From a virus (taxonomy: Duplodnaviria; Caudoviricetes), in IMG/VR virus record IMGVR_UViG_3300032303_003357, positions 1 to 43,036 of that record: DNA of 43,036 bases, one strand, 5' to 3'. Below the pieces are notes generated by a model. The model was given only the letters and a program-made list of their open reading frames with translations. It searched no databases and was not told where the DNA came from. A program made the position numbers and the translations under genes. Positions 1 to 8,610 of the stretch are shown piece by piece. The stretch's first letter is position 1. Every line of letters begins with the position of its first letter.

Positions 1-1
1 C

Positions 2-754
2 ATGGTGAGAGGTGTTAATGTAGTAGATTATTTTAAATTAGCAGCAGGCATATCTGCTTTAGGTGTTGCTATGGCCACTTTTGGATTAGCTGATGGTGCT
101 GGAAGACTATTTCAATCTGCTGGAAGCTTTTTTTCGAAAGGTAAATCTTCTGTTGATGTGATTTTAGATTTAGCTAAAAATGAAGAAAAAATTTACACAG
201 TCGCTAGTTCCTTAGATTTATTAAGTAAAGTAATTAAAGAAACAACAAGTATTTCAGCAGGTGATAAATTTTATGCTGAAATGAAAAAGGTTAGTGCAGG
301 TATCGCTCTCATTACAAATGTAGATAAAATTGAAAATCTCGATAAACTTCAAAACCTTTCTGATCTTAAAGATGTATTTTCTGCTAAAACATCAACACCT
401 GAAACAGTTAATGTTAAAATGTCTGAGATTGATAAAATAGAAAGCGCTCAACTCTTCGGCGGTATATATACAGTAACTAGTAAAGTTAATGATAAAATGG
501 ATTCTATTAACATTGTATTAGAAGACTTAAACGGTAAGTTTTCCGAGATGCTAATGCTACAAAATAAGCAAACTAATGCAGCTACTGCTAGCTTAGATCA
601 TCTAGAGGATATAAATAATAAAGAACTAACAGGTAAGAGCAATGTAACGGTCGCTAATAGTAATAGTAATATCATCTTTAATGAAAAAAGTACATCGCAG
701 TTTGATTTTAGAAGGGAGATGGCGCTAAGATTTGCTTCTAGCGTTATTACGTAA
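2..754 (+). CDS. C-terminal part of a putative tape-measure / baseplate-hub protein (probably truncated by the window start)
   Basis: Open frame from the window edge; Ala/Gly-rich amphipathic helices then a Ser/Asn-rich tail; directly upstream of gp48/gp53-like genes as in T4-like tail modules. Confidence 0.45.
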   Translation: MVRGVNVVDYFKLAAGISALGVAMATFGLADGAGRLFQSAGSFFSKGKSSVDVILDLAKNEEKIYTVASSLDLLSKVIKETTSISAGDKFYAEMKKVSAGIALITNVDKIENLDKLQNLSDLKDVFSAKTSTPETVNVKMSEIDKIESAQLFGGIYTVTSKVNDKMDSINIVLEDLNGKFSEMLMLQNKQTNAATASLDHLEDINNKELTGKSNVTVANSNSNIIFNEKSTSQFDFRREMALRFASSVIT

Positions 755-755
755 C

Positions 756-2111
756 ATGCAGCACGTTTTTTCAGTTGCTAGGGTTAGAAATTTTGAAGAT
801 TTTCAGGAAAATTCAGAAGTTGATGTTGAACCACCAATATTAGTATCACCAGTTAATACACCTCTCGGCTCTGGTATAGGTAGAAGCTTATCAACACCTC
901 TAGGCGGTACAGTAGACGTAGTATCAGACTTTTATTGGACGTATTCTAAACTAATAGACTCACGTAAAGAAGTACCTAAATTACTTTTAACAGAGAGAAG
1001 ACTTAAAACTAATGCTATGGTAAACCAATTAAAATATTCTTTCGGCGTATCTAATAGTAATATCGGTGAAATAGCAAAATCGATACCTGATGGTATAAAA
1101 AACCCTCTTTATAATTTTTTAGCAGGAGCAAAACAAACTCAAACAGGGCAACAAGTAACAAAATTTTCTAATGCAGTAGAAGCTAAAGTAAATCAATTAG
1201 ATTTCTTTAAAGATAATAATAATATTTTTGAAAACAATCCCTATCTTAAACCATATCAAAATTTATATATAACAGAACCAACCGGTTGGCAATTTATTTT
1301 ACCTTATTTTGAAAATTTTAATAATTCACAAGCTAATGCTTTTGCAGATGATACCAACCAATCTTCTGTAGGTATTTTAAAGATGGGTGCAGATGCTTTA
1401 GGAAAAGTATCTGATATTACCGCTGCATTAAGAGCGCCTACTCAAGTAACATTTGTTGAAAAAACTAAGTTTTATAATTTTTCAACTGAAGGTGATGAAA
1501 TTAGTGTTCAATTTCCTTTGATCAATACAGGTAGCGCTACGTTTGATGATGTAGTTAAAAATTGGGAATTTTTATTTTTATTACTATACAATAACAAACC
1601 ATCAAGAAAGAATGTTTCTGTTGTCGATCCGCCCGTTATTTATACTGCTGAAATACCAGGAGTTAAGTTTTTTCCTTTTTGCTATATATCTAGTATTTTA
1701 ATAGAATTCCAAGGTTCACGAAGAGAGCTTTCTTTTAGCTTAGATACAGTTGATAGTTTAAGTGTAGATAAACTTGCAGATACTAAAGGTCAGATACGTC
1801 TAGATAATGGAAATAACAATTTAGTTAGAGGATTTAGTAATAACACAACAATAAGAAACATAACTACTATTATCCCTGATGCCTATCAAGTAAGAATAAC
1901 TTTTAAGAGTCTAGTGCCCGATACTAAAAACTTTATGTACACCGTCCTTAACAAAGACCCTATAGTTTCTGCATCAACCCTCACACCAGGGGTAAATAGT
2001 GTATTAAACCCATTAGCTAATAATACTAATAGAAATCAAGAATCTGTTTCCTTAAGACCTAATGATTCAAACATACCTGCACCTGATGTTAATGTGAGAG
2101 GAGGAGCATAA
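756..2111 (+). CDS. Putative baseplate tail-tube cap/initiator (T4 gp48/gp54-like)
   Basis: ATG at 756 follows the upstream TAA (752-754) and is preferred to TTG 732; C-terminal pattern FPLINT..PPVIY..PGVKFFPFCYISSI..FQG..IPDAYQVRITFKSL resembles tube-initiator folds; position before a gp53-like gene. Confidence 0.5.
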   Translation: MQHVFSVARVRNFEDFQENSEVDVEPPILVSPVNTPLGSGIGRSLSTPLGGTVDVVSDFYWTYSKLIDSRKEVPKLLLTERRLKTNAMVNQLKYSFGVSNSNIGEIAKSIPDGIKNPLYNFLAGAKQTQTGQQVTKFSNAVEAKVNQLDFFKDNNNIFENNPYLKPYQNLYITEPTGWQFILPYFENFNNSQANAFADDTNQSSVGILKMGADALGKVSDITAALRAPTQVTFVEKTKFYNFSTEGDEISVQFPLINTGSATFDDVVKNWEFLFLLLYNNKPSRKNVSVVDPPVIYTAEIPGVKFFPFCYISSILIEFQGSRRELSFSLDTVDSLSVDKLADTKGQIRLDNGNNNLVRGFSNNTTIRNITTIIPDAYQVRITFKSLVPDTKNFMYTVLNKDPIVSASTLTPGVNSVLNPLANNTNRNQESVSLRPNDSNIPAPDVNVRGGA

Positions 2112-2473
2112 TGGACGGTAAATATCAAAATAAAATTTCTGGATTACCTGAATTAAAAACTACAAAATACGAAACTATCTTTAAGCTGTATAAAAATAAT
2201 GATAATTTTTATTTTTATAACATTTTAAAAGCTATTAATTTACCGGTAAATTTAGACGAAACTAAAGTCTATTATCAGTCTGTTGTTGCTAAAATGCCTT
2301 GGACATTAGTTAGTTATAATGCTTATAACACTATAGATTTGTGGTGGTTAATTTGTTTAACTAATAATATCTTTAATCCGCTCAAGTTTCCTGACCAAGG
2401 TACTTTATTAAAGATTATTAAGCCAACTTATGTTACTCAAATTCTTGACGAAATTCAAAACGCGCTTATATAA
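2111..2473 (+). CDS. Baseplate wedge subunit, T4 gp53-like (LysM-like)
   Basis: Motif WTLVSYNAYNTIDLWWLICLTNNIFNP matches the S..Y....LWW.I...N.I..P signature of gp53-like proteins. Confidence 0.75.
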   Translation: MDGKYQNKISGLPELKTTKYETIFKLYKNNDNFYFYNILKAINLPVNLDETKVYYQSVVAKMPWTLVSYNAYNTIDLWWLICLTNNIFNPLKFPDQGTLLKIIKPTYVTQILDEIQNALI

Positions 2474-2476
2474 TGT

Positions 2477-3988
2477 ATGGCTGATTATAATGCAATATTT
2501 AACTCTTCAAAATACGCGTTTAAAACAAACTTAGTAAGTAATGACGGTAGATCTCAAGAATTAAAACCAGGCGTCGTACGACAACTTGTCATATCAGATA
2601 GTTTTTTAAATTTTTACACTGCAGGCTATGCAGTTGTAGATAATAGTTTTGATGGTATTGAACGCAATACACCAGAAAACATTAATAATAATAATAGAGG
2701 GTTTGTTTTTAAAGGCGATTCTAGGGATTTTCTTACCGTTGATATAATGCCTAATTTAAATGACTCTGCTTATGCAGGTAGCTCTAAAAAAGAACAGGCA
2801 GACAAACTTTTTAGAATACAATCTAATTTTGCAATCTATAATTCAGAAGATATAGGCGGTGATCAACTAGGTCAAAAGTTTAAAAAACTTTATTTTTGGG
2901 ATGCATATTATGAATTACTTTTAGAAAAAAATTCTTATTTTTCTACTGCTAATTCTGTAGCAAGCGGTATTAATATTTTAAACGCAGATAATAGTGATAG
3001 AGGAATATATACAGGAGATGCACTTAAATTATTTTTAACAGATTTTTTTAATGAAAATGACGGTTACCCCGCTACTATAAGTGATAATTTTGATAAAGGT
3101 GATACAAAAATTTTCTTTTCTTCTCCAGCTAATTTTAAGGGTATAGATGCATTAGAATATATATTAAATAGACACGTTTCTTCTCAAGATAAGAACTACG
3201 ATCCAGCTTTTTTAAGACTAGAAAGGGGTGCACTGGTGTTTAGTTTTGAGAGTCTTAAGAGTATTTTTTCTAAAGCTATAAACGTCGACAATGGTAAGCT
3301 TAGTATAGGCGAATATTACTTAGAAACATTTAAAATAGGTGAATTTTCTGACGTTAAAAACGATGCTTCGCTTTTAAAGACGTCTTACACACCACCTAAC
3401 GCATTATTTTTTCAAAAAATAGGCACAATAAATAATTTTTCTGCCGATTTTATGGCAGGTCAATATACACAGCAGAGTATTACTAACAATATAGTACATA
3501 GCTATGAGCATGAAAGTAAGTCTTTCGGTGTTGATGAAGATAGAAATACTATTACAAGTACTATGAGTGTTTATTCTACAAATTATGTTGAACCATTTAA
3601 TAGGCCTGGCGTAAACTCTGCTTTTGCTAATTTTTTCCCTGGCAATTACAGAGATCAAGTTAAAAATAATAGAAACTTTTTTACAGTAATGAATGACCCT
3701 AATCAAAGGCTAGCCTTTGGTAGAAATTTATGTATTCGCAATTTATTATTCCATAATAATTCAGTTTTATTTAGAGTTCCCGGTTCTACACATAGAGAAG
3801 CAGGTAAATTTATAGGCCTAGATAGAGACGGTAATTTTCAAACATCTGATTTTGATGATAAAATATTAGGTATATATTTTATTTTAGAGGTTAAACATAT
3901 TTTTTCAGGAGATAGCTATGAAAACGAGATAAGATGTATTAAAACATATAACTACTCAGATATAATTTTAAATAAGGATGCATTCTAA
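2477..3988 (+). CDS. Putative baseplate hub protein (gp27/GpD-like)
   Basis: C-terminal VPGSTHREAGKFIGL..GIYFILEVKHIF..YENEIRCIK pattern typical of contractile-tail hub proteins; 503 aa; synteny. Confidence 0.55.
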   Translation: MADYNAIFNSSKYAFKTNLVSNDGRSQELKPGVVRQLVISDSFLNFYTAGYAVVDNSFDGIERNTPENINNNNRGFVFKGDSRDFLTVDIMPNLNDSAYAGSSKKEQADKLFRIQSNFAIYNSEDIGGDQLGQKFKKLYFWDAYYELLLEKNSYFSTANSVASGINILNADNSDRGIYTGDALKLFLTDFFNENDGYPATISDNFDKGDTKIFFSSPANFKGIDALEYILNRHVSSQDKNYDPAFLRLERGALVFSFESLKSIFSKAINVDNGKLSIGEYYLETFKIGEFSDVKNDASLLKTSYTPPNALFFQKIGTINNFSADFMAGQYTQQSITNNIVHSYEHESKSFGVDEDRNTITSTMSVYSTNYVEPFNRPGVNSAFANFFPGNYRDQVKNNRNFFTVMNDPNQRLAFGRNLCIRNLLFHNNSVLFRVPGSTHREAGKFIGLDRDGNFQTSDFDDKILGIYFILEVKHIFSGDSYENEIRCIKTYNYSDIILNKDAF

Positions 3989-5547
3989 TGTTAAAAACAA
4001 CTACAAAAACACTATATCCCGAGCTAGTAGATAACTTAATAGCTAATTCTTTAGATTTTGTTAAAAAATATACCGATTATTTAACTAGTATAGGCAGTAT
4101 AGAGTCATCAGATAGTAGTAACTTTCAATCTCAAATGACATTAGCATTAAATTTTCAAAAAGCATTAAGATCTAACGATCCAATTACAAGTTTAAAAGAG
4201 TTTTTTACTAATCTTAACGATTCTCAATGTTCAAATTTAAATAACGATTTCATTTTTTACTGGTTTAAAAAATTTCAAAACACATTTTTAGATGTTCAAA
4301 CTGTTTTTTCTACAAAAGAAGATGTATTTTTTAAAGATATTAGTGACAGTATAGGTTTAATTGCTAATTTTGCTGCAAAATATACAGATAATGTATCACC
4401 TTTAACTGATATGTCTAATAAAAACAATCCTCCCTCACAATTACCAGTAACTGTAATCAATAAGCTTAGCCCAGCTACTCTTAATCTGCACAACAAACTT
4501 AATAACTTAACATCAATATTACAAAAAAATAATTTAATAAACATTCAAAAGGTTCAATCTGGACAATATTCGCTAAGCAACCTAAATGCAAATACTACTA
4601 CATCACATGGAGCTAATTTAATTACCGATTTAAAATTTTATTCGGACTTTTATGAATATTTACCTAACTTGGTTAATAAAATATACAGTATTTTTAGTAA
4701 CACTTTAACTTTTATAACCTATTTTAGTAATATAAATGATAAGACAGGCTATAATAGTAGAAACACAATTAATAATCTACAAAAAATGACTGACATTACA
4801 TTTAAATCGCGTATAGAAAATATAGATTTTACTCTTGATGTATTACAAAAACAGGCTAAGGGGTCATTAAGCGATAAAACGATAAAAGACACTATTGGAG
4901 TTGTGAGTAGCCGCCGCCAAGCAACAGCTTCTACAACATCTGTTAATAATAAATTTTTAAATAAAGATAAAAAACCAGATAACTTTATTCCTGCTTCAGA
5001 TGATATAATAGCAAAAGAAAGAGAAAAAGCTGCAGCAGAAGAAATAAAGCAACCTAACAAAGAAATTAATAATTTAAATCTTCAAGTACAGCGTTTAGGT
5101 ATGCCTTCTTCTACTTCTAATAAAAATACTAAGAGCCCTCTAACATCTACTGTAAATAATAAAGAAGTCGTTAAAGAACAGCCAAAAAATAATTCTTCCA
5201 GTAACATACCCGAAATTTCTGCATTAGCTTCTAACGCATCTAACTTTAATTCGACCGACCCACAGGCAATACTAACAAATATAGAATCTCTAAAGGATAT
5301 ATACTGTAATTTTAAACTACCAGATATTAATCAAGGTGATTTAAAGAATTTAACTAGCGGTGATATAACAGCTAACGCCAAACAATTAGCTAATATATTA
5401 CTAGGTCTTATTCCCAAAGTTACCTTACCCAAGTTAGATGATTATACACAAGCCATGAAGCAATTGGTTGAAAGCTTAGATCCTGAAAAAATATGGAAAT
5501 CGTTTTACAGTAAGTTATTTGAATGTAAAAACAAAAAGGACTACTAA
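3988..5547 (+). CDS. Hypothetical protein (Asn/Ser/Lys-rich, probably tail-associated)
   Basis: 519-aa ORF overlapping the previous stop (TAATG); no recognisable motif. Confidence 0.6.
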   Translation: MLKTTTKTLYPELVDNLIANSLDFVKKYTDYLTSIGSIESSDSSNFQSQMTLALNFQKALRSNDPITSLKEFFTNLNDSQCSNLNNDFIFYWFKKFQNTFLDVQTVFSTKEDVFFKDISDSIGLIANFAAKYTDNVSPLTDMSNKNNPPSQLPVTVINKLSPATLNLHNKLNNLTSILQKNNLINIQKVQSGQYSLSNLNANTTTSHGANLITDLKFYSDFYEYLPNLVNKIYSIFSNTLTFITYFSNINDKTGYNSRNTINNLQKMTDITFKSRIENIDFTLDVLQKQAKGSLSDKTIKDTIGVVSSRRQATASTTSVNNKFLNKDKKPDNFIPASDDIIAKEREKAAAEEIKQPNKEINNLNLQVQRLGMPSSTSNKNTKSPLTSTVNNKEVVKEQPKNNSSSNIPEISALASNASNFNSTDPQAILTNIESLKDIYCNFKLPDINQGDLKNLTSGDITANAKQLANILLGLIPKVTLPKLDDYTQAMKQLVESLDPEKIWKSFYSKLFECKNKKDY

Positions 5548-6008
5548 TCTATAACTTCTGCGTCAATTATTTTTGCGCTCTTATTAGCACTATCAATTAA
5601 CATCTTAAAAACTTGCTCTCTAGTAGCTAGTAATTTGGTCTGACTATCAGCTTGTTTAATTTCTTTTCTAGCTGCAATATCCATCTCTTTAGCTTTCATA
5701 AACGTTTCATTCTTTTTGTCAGTCACTATAATTTTATTGAGAGTTTCAATTGCAGTTGATGTTGCAGCAATAAGATCCGCAAGAGAACCTACATCTTTAG
5801 CTTCTGGAGCTGAAGATATGTAATCTTTTACATTAGTAACCACCCCTAAACTCTCTTCGACTAATTTACCAGCTTTTTCAATAACAAATTTTTCCATTGT
5901 TTCTTTAGTAAGTATATTTTGCTCTTTCTCTGCTTTTTTAGCCTTTTCGTTTGCATCATTTAGCTGGGTAAGTAAATCTCCTACCATTTCATTAAGCTCT
6001 TCGCTCAT
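5544..6008 (-). CDS. Possible terminase small subunit (T4 gp16-like) or other coiled-coil protein
   Basis: 154 aa; helix-turn-helix-like core (AGKLVEESL..SSAPEAKDVGSLADLIAATSTAIETLNK) and C-terminal LLATREQVFKML..IIDAEVID resemble T4-like TerS; has a TAAATA late motif. Confidence 0.4.
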   Translation of the reverse strand: MSEELNEMVGDLLTQLNDANEKAKKAEKEQNILTKETMEKFVIEKAGKLVEESLGVVTNVKDYISSAPEAKDVGSLADLIAATSTAIETLNKIIVTDKKNETFMKAKEMDIAARKEIKQADSQTKLLATREQVFKMLIDSANKSAKIIDAEVID

Positions 6009-6013
6009 AATAA

Positions 6014-6019
6014 TATTTA
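6014..6019 (-). promoter_or_regulatory. Late-promoter-like TAAATA, 5 nt before ATG 6008
   Basis: TATTTA on + strand; same spacing as other copies. Confidence 0.6.
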
Positions 6020-6021
6020 TC

Positions 6022-6053
6022 TACTATTGATTTTTATAAACTTATATTATAAT
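6022..6053 (+). promoter_or_regulatory. Sigma70-like (early/middle) promoter TTGATT-N15-TATAAT for dUTPase/clamp loader
   Basis: TTGATT 6027-6032, TATAAT 6048-6053, ATG 6 nt later; TACTATTGATTTTT also occurs at 19361; spacer is short. Confidence 0.5.
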
Positions 6054-6059
6054 AAAAGA

Positions 6060-6527
6060 ATGTATAGTAATAACACTCAAGCCGACCCTAATTTAGCATT
6101 TGTACCTGTGTTAAAGTTTAAAAAGACACATGAATTAGCTAAATTACCTACTAAAAACCATGATTCTGATACAGGATATGATGTTTATTCAATAGAAGAT
6201 AAGATTATACCTGCTAAAGGCAGTGCTGTTGTAGAAGTGGGGTTAAAATTCGCGTCAATTCCTGAAGGCTATTGGGTAAAGGTTGAATCGCGTAGTGGAT
6301 TAGGGTTTAAGAGCGGTATTATGGCTCACCCGGGTATTATTGATTGCGGTTATCGAGGCGATGCAGGTGTTAAGCTATACAACTTAACAGATACCGACTA
6401 TCAAGTCAAAACAGGTGATAGAATAGCACAGTTTGCTATATACTTTACTTTGTCAATGCCTGTTGAGTGGGGTGAAGTAGAAGAATCTTCTAGAGGTGAA
6501 AAAGGCTTTGGGTCTTCCGGCAAATGA
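6060..6527 (+). CDS. dut: dUTPase (trimeric)
   Basis: Motifs DTGYDV, ESRSGLG, PGIIDCGYRG, GDRIAQ, RGEKGFGSSG; ATG 6060 preferred to TTG 6027. Confidence 0.95.
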   Translation: MYSNNTQADPNLAFVPVLKFKKTHELAKLPTKNHDSDTGYDVYSIEDKIIPAKGSAVVEVGLKFASIPEGYWVKVESRSGLGFKSGIMAHPGIIDCGYRGDAGVKLYNLTDTDYQVKTGDRIAQFAIYFTLSMPVEWGEVEESSRGEKGFGSSGK

Positions 6528-7459
6528 GCTACAATTTTGATAATTTATGGGTCGAAAAATATAGACCTAAAGCTTTAAATGATTTTATTATTAGTGATAG
6601 TAATAAAAAAATTATTGAATCGTTTAAAACTAAAAAAGAGATACCTAATTTATTATTTACAGGCAGTCCTGGACTAGGTAAAACAACATTAGCTAAAATT
6701 ATTGTTAACGATATATTAAATTGTCAATATCTATATATAAACGCAAGTGATGAAAATGGTATTGACACTATTCGTAATAAAGTCGTCTCATTTGCGCAAA
6801 CAAAAAGCTTCGATGGTAGTATAAAGGTGATTATTCTAGATGAAACAGACGGCCTGTCTATAGATGCACAAAGAGCTCTTCGTAATACTATGGAAGAGTT
6901 TGCTATGATTACTAGATTTATTCTTACTGCGAATTATCGTTATAGAATTATAACAGCTTTACAAAGTAGATGTCAAAGTATTGATTTAACACCTTCTACC
7001 GAATTGTTAGGGTTAGTTGTTAAGAGATGCGCTAATATTCTCAAGAAAGAAAGTATAGACCTTACAGATGAACTAAAGGCACCTCTTATTCAATTTATAA
7101 AATCATTATTTCCTGATCTTCGTAAAACAATAAACGAATTACAAAAGTTTTCTAGTACCGGTAAATTGATTCTACCAGATCAAACTAATAATGAAGTATT
7201 AGAACTAATATATACAGAGATAAAAAACAAAAATATTTTAAATTTAAGAAAAGCTTTAATTGAAAATGAAGGGTCTTTTAATAACGATTACGTTAACCTG
7301 CTCAAAGGACTATTCAATTATATCGATAAGATAGAGACTGATATTAAAATTAAAAAATATATGTTAATTACTATAGCAGAGCATTTATATAGAAGTAGTT
7401 TTGTAGTAGATCAAGAAATTAATTGTTATAGTTGTTTAATTAACTTAAGTCAAACTTAA
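6524..7459 (+). CDS. Sliding-clamp loader AAA+ subunit (T4 gp44 / RFC small subunit-like)
   Basis: LWVEKYRP, Walker A GSPGLGKT, INASDENGID, Walker B IILDETD, SRC motif, PDLRK. Confidence 0.93.
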   Translation: MSYNFDNLWVEKYRPKALNDFIISDSNKKIIESFKTKKEIPNLLFTGSPGLGKTTLAKIIVNDILNCQYLYINASDENGIDTIRNKVVSFAQTKSFDGSIKVIILDETDGLSIDAQRALRNTMEEFAMITRFILTANYRYRIITALQSRCQSIDLTPSTELLGLVVKRCANILKKESIDLTDELKAPLIQFIKSLFPDLRKTINELQKFSSTGKLILPDQTNNEVLELIYTEIKNKNILNLRKALIENEGSFNNDYVNLLKGLFNYIDKIETDIKIKKYMLITIAEHLYRSSFVVDQEINCYSCLINLSQT

Positions 7460-8058
7460 GGCAGATAGTTAGCTGTATAAGATGCAGGGTCGTTAACACC
7501 TTTAGCAGGAGAAGAAGGAATCTTTATATTTTTATTTAAAAGTTCTCTATCACCATTGGACATCTTACCATTACCAAGATCTGATCTCCTGGTATCACCG
7601 GGTCTAAGGAAAGGCACTTCTTCAGCTTCATCTTTTACTTTTTTTGGCTTTATGTTAACTCTTTTTGCTGGATCGCCTTTCTTAAAAACTTCAGGTACAT
7701 CAGGTAAGTTAGGGTATGTGCTTTTAGGTTCTAATAACCTTGCAGGTACTGTTGCGAAATCCATATATCTACCAGGTGCGATTTCTGAAGTAATATCTAC
7801 ATTAACCTCAGTTCCGATGTAATCTGTATTACCAGCTCCACCTACACCTGGAAAACGATTTTTAATAGCTGAAACTCTTAAATTTAACCCACTATCAGCC
7901 ATATTTTTTAATTTTTGCTTTGTATTTTCACCTAGTTCTTTAAACCACGGGTCATTAAAAGCACCTTCCTTGAAAACAACAACATCGCCTGCAAGAAAAC
8001 CACCATTTGTATAACGCTGCAGCGCGGATTCATATAGCTTTACAAACTTTTTGTTCAT
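7456..8058 (-). CDS. Hypothetical late protein
   Basis: 200-aa ORF with TAAATA 6 nt upstream; no function recognised. Confidence 0.7.
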   Translation of the reverse strand: MNKKFVKLYESALQRYTNGGFLAGDVVVFKEGAFNDPWFKELGENTKQKLKNMADSGLNLRVSAIKNRFPGVGGAGNTDYIGTEVNVDITSEIAPGRYMDFATVPARLLEPKSTYPNLPDVPEVFKKGDPAKRVNIKPKKVKDEAEEVPFLRPGDTRRSDLGNGKMSNGDRELLNKNIKIPSSPAKGVNDPASYTANYLP

Positions 8059-8064
8059 TTAAAT

Positions 8065-8070
8065 TATTTA
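8065..8070 (-). promoter_or_regulatory. Late-promoter-like TAAATA, 6 nt before ATG 8058
   Basis: TATTTA on + strand, divergent from the 8116 copy. Confidence 0.55.
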
Positions 8071-8115
8071 TCCTTTTTTACATGATAAAAACTGGTTTTA
8101 AACAAATAAACTGGG

Positions 8116-8123
8116 TATAAATA
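8116..8123 (+). promoter_or_regulatory. T4-type late promoter TATAAATA
   Basis: Exact T4 late consensus 5 nt before GTG 8129. Confidence 0.75.
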
Positions 8124-8128
8124 AATAT

Positions 8129-8608
8129 GTGGCCAATATAAATATCAAGACTTTAGCTCAGCCAGCTAAAACATCTAGCAGCTTCACTTATACGGATTTA
8201 AAGCTTGATTTAGAGCTTAATTATACACAAAACAATGAATTTCTTAAACGTAAGGAAATCAAGGATTTAAAGATTGACTATGATTATGCAGCAATAAGGA
8301 ACTCTATTTTTAATTTATTCACGACAATACCGGGTCAAAAGATATTAAACCCTGCTTTTGGTTTAAATTTACCTCGTTACTTGTTTTATACAGTTAGTGA
8401 ATCAATAGCTATGTCTATTGGTAATGAAATACTAGCCGGTATTACAACCTATGAACCAAGAGCAGCTATTAAAAAGGTTAATGTTCAAGTAGATGAGGCT
8501 GGCCAACAGTATATTATACAGCTTATTTTGACAATGATAGGTGTAGATAATAGTAGTTTCGAACTAGTAGGAACATTAAGTAATTCCGGATTCTTCTTTA
8601 ACAACTAA
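8129..8608 (+). CDS. Baseplate wedge subunit, T4 gp25-like
   Basis: YTDLKLDL..AIRNSIFNLFTTIPGQKILNPAFGLNL..YEPR signature of gp25/GPW family. Confidence 0.9.
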   Translation: MANINIKTLAQPAKTSSSFTYTDLKLDLELNYTQNNEFLKRKEIKDLKIDYDYAAIRNSIFNLFTTIPGQKILNPAFGLNLPRYLFYTVSESIAMSIGNEILAGITTYEPRAAIKKVNVQVDEAGQQYIIQLILTMIGVDNSSFELVGTLSNSGFFFNN

Positions 8609-8610
8609 CT

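Noticed and set aside
732-755. TTG start at 732 (and TTG 6027 for dUTPase) in the ORF track
   Set aside because: ATG 756 abuts the upstream stop; TTG 6027 is part of the -35-like box and ATG 6060 fits the promoter spacing
3404-5060. Short internal antisense or alternate-frame ORFs (3404, 4296, 4749; likewise 7556, 11142, 15441, 16454, 17277, 20426, 20448, 22576, 28573, 29189, 34794, 37882, 39243)
   Set aside because: Nested within long genes, with no motifs or initiation signals noticed
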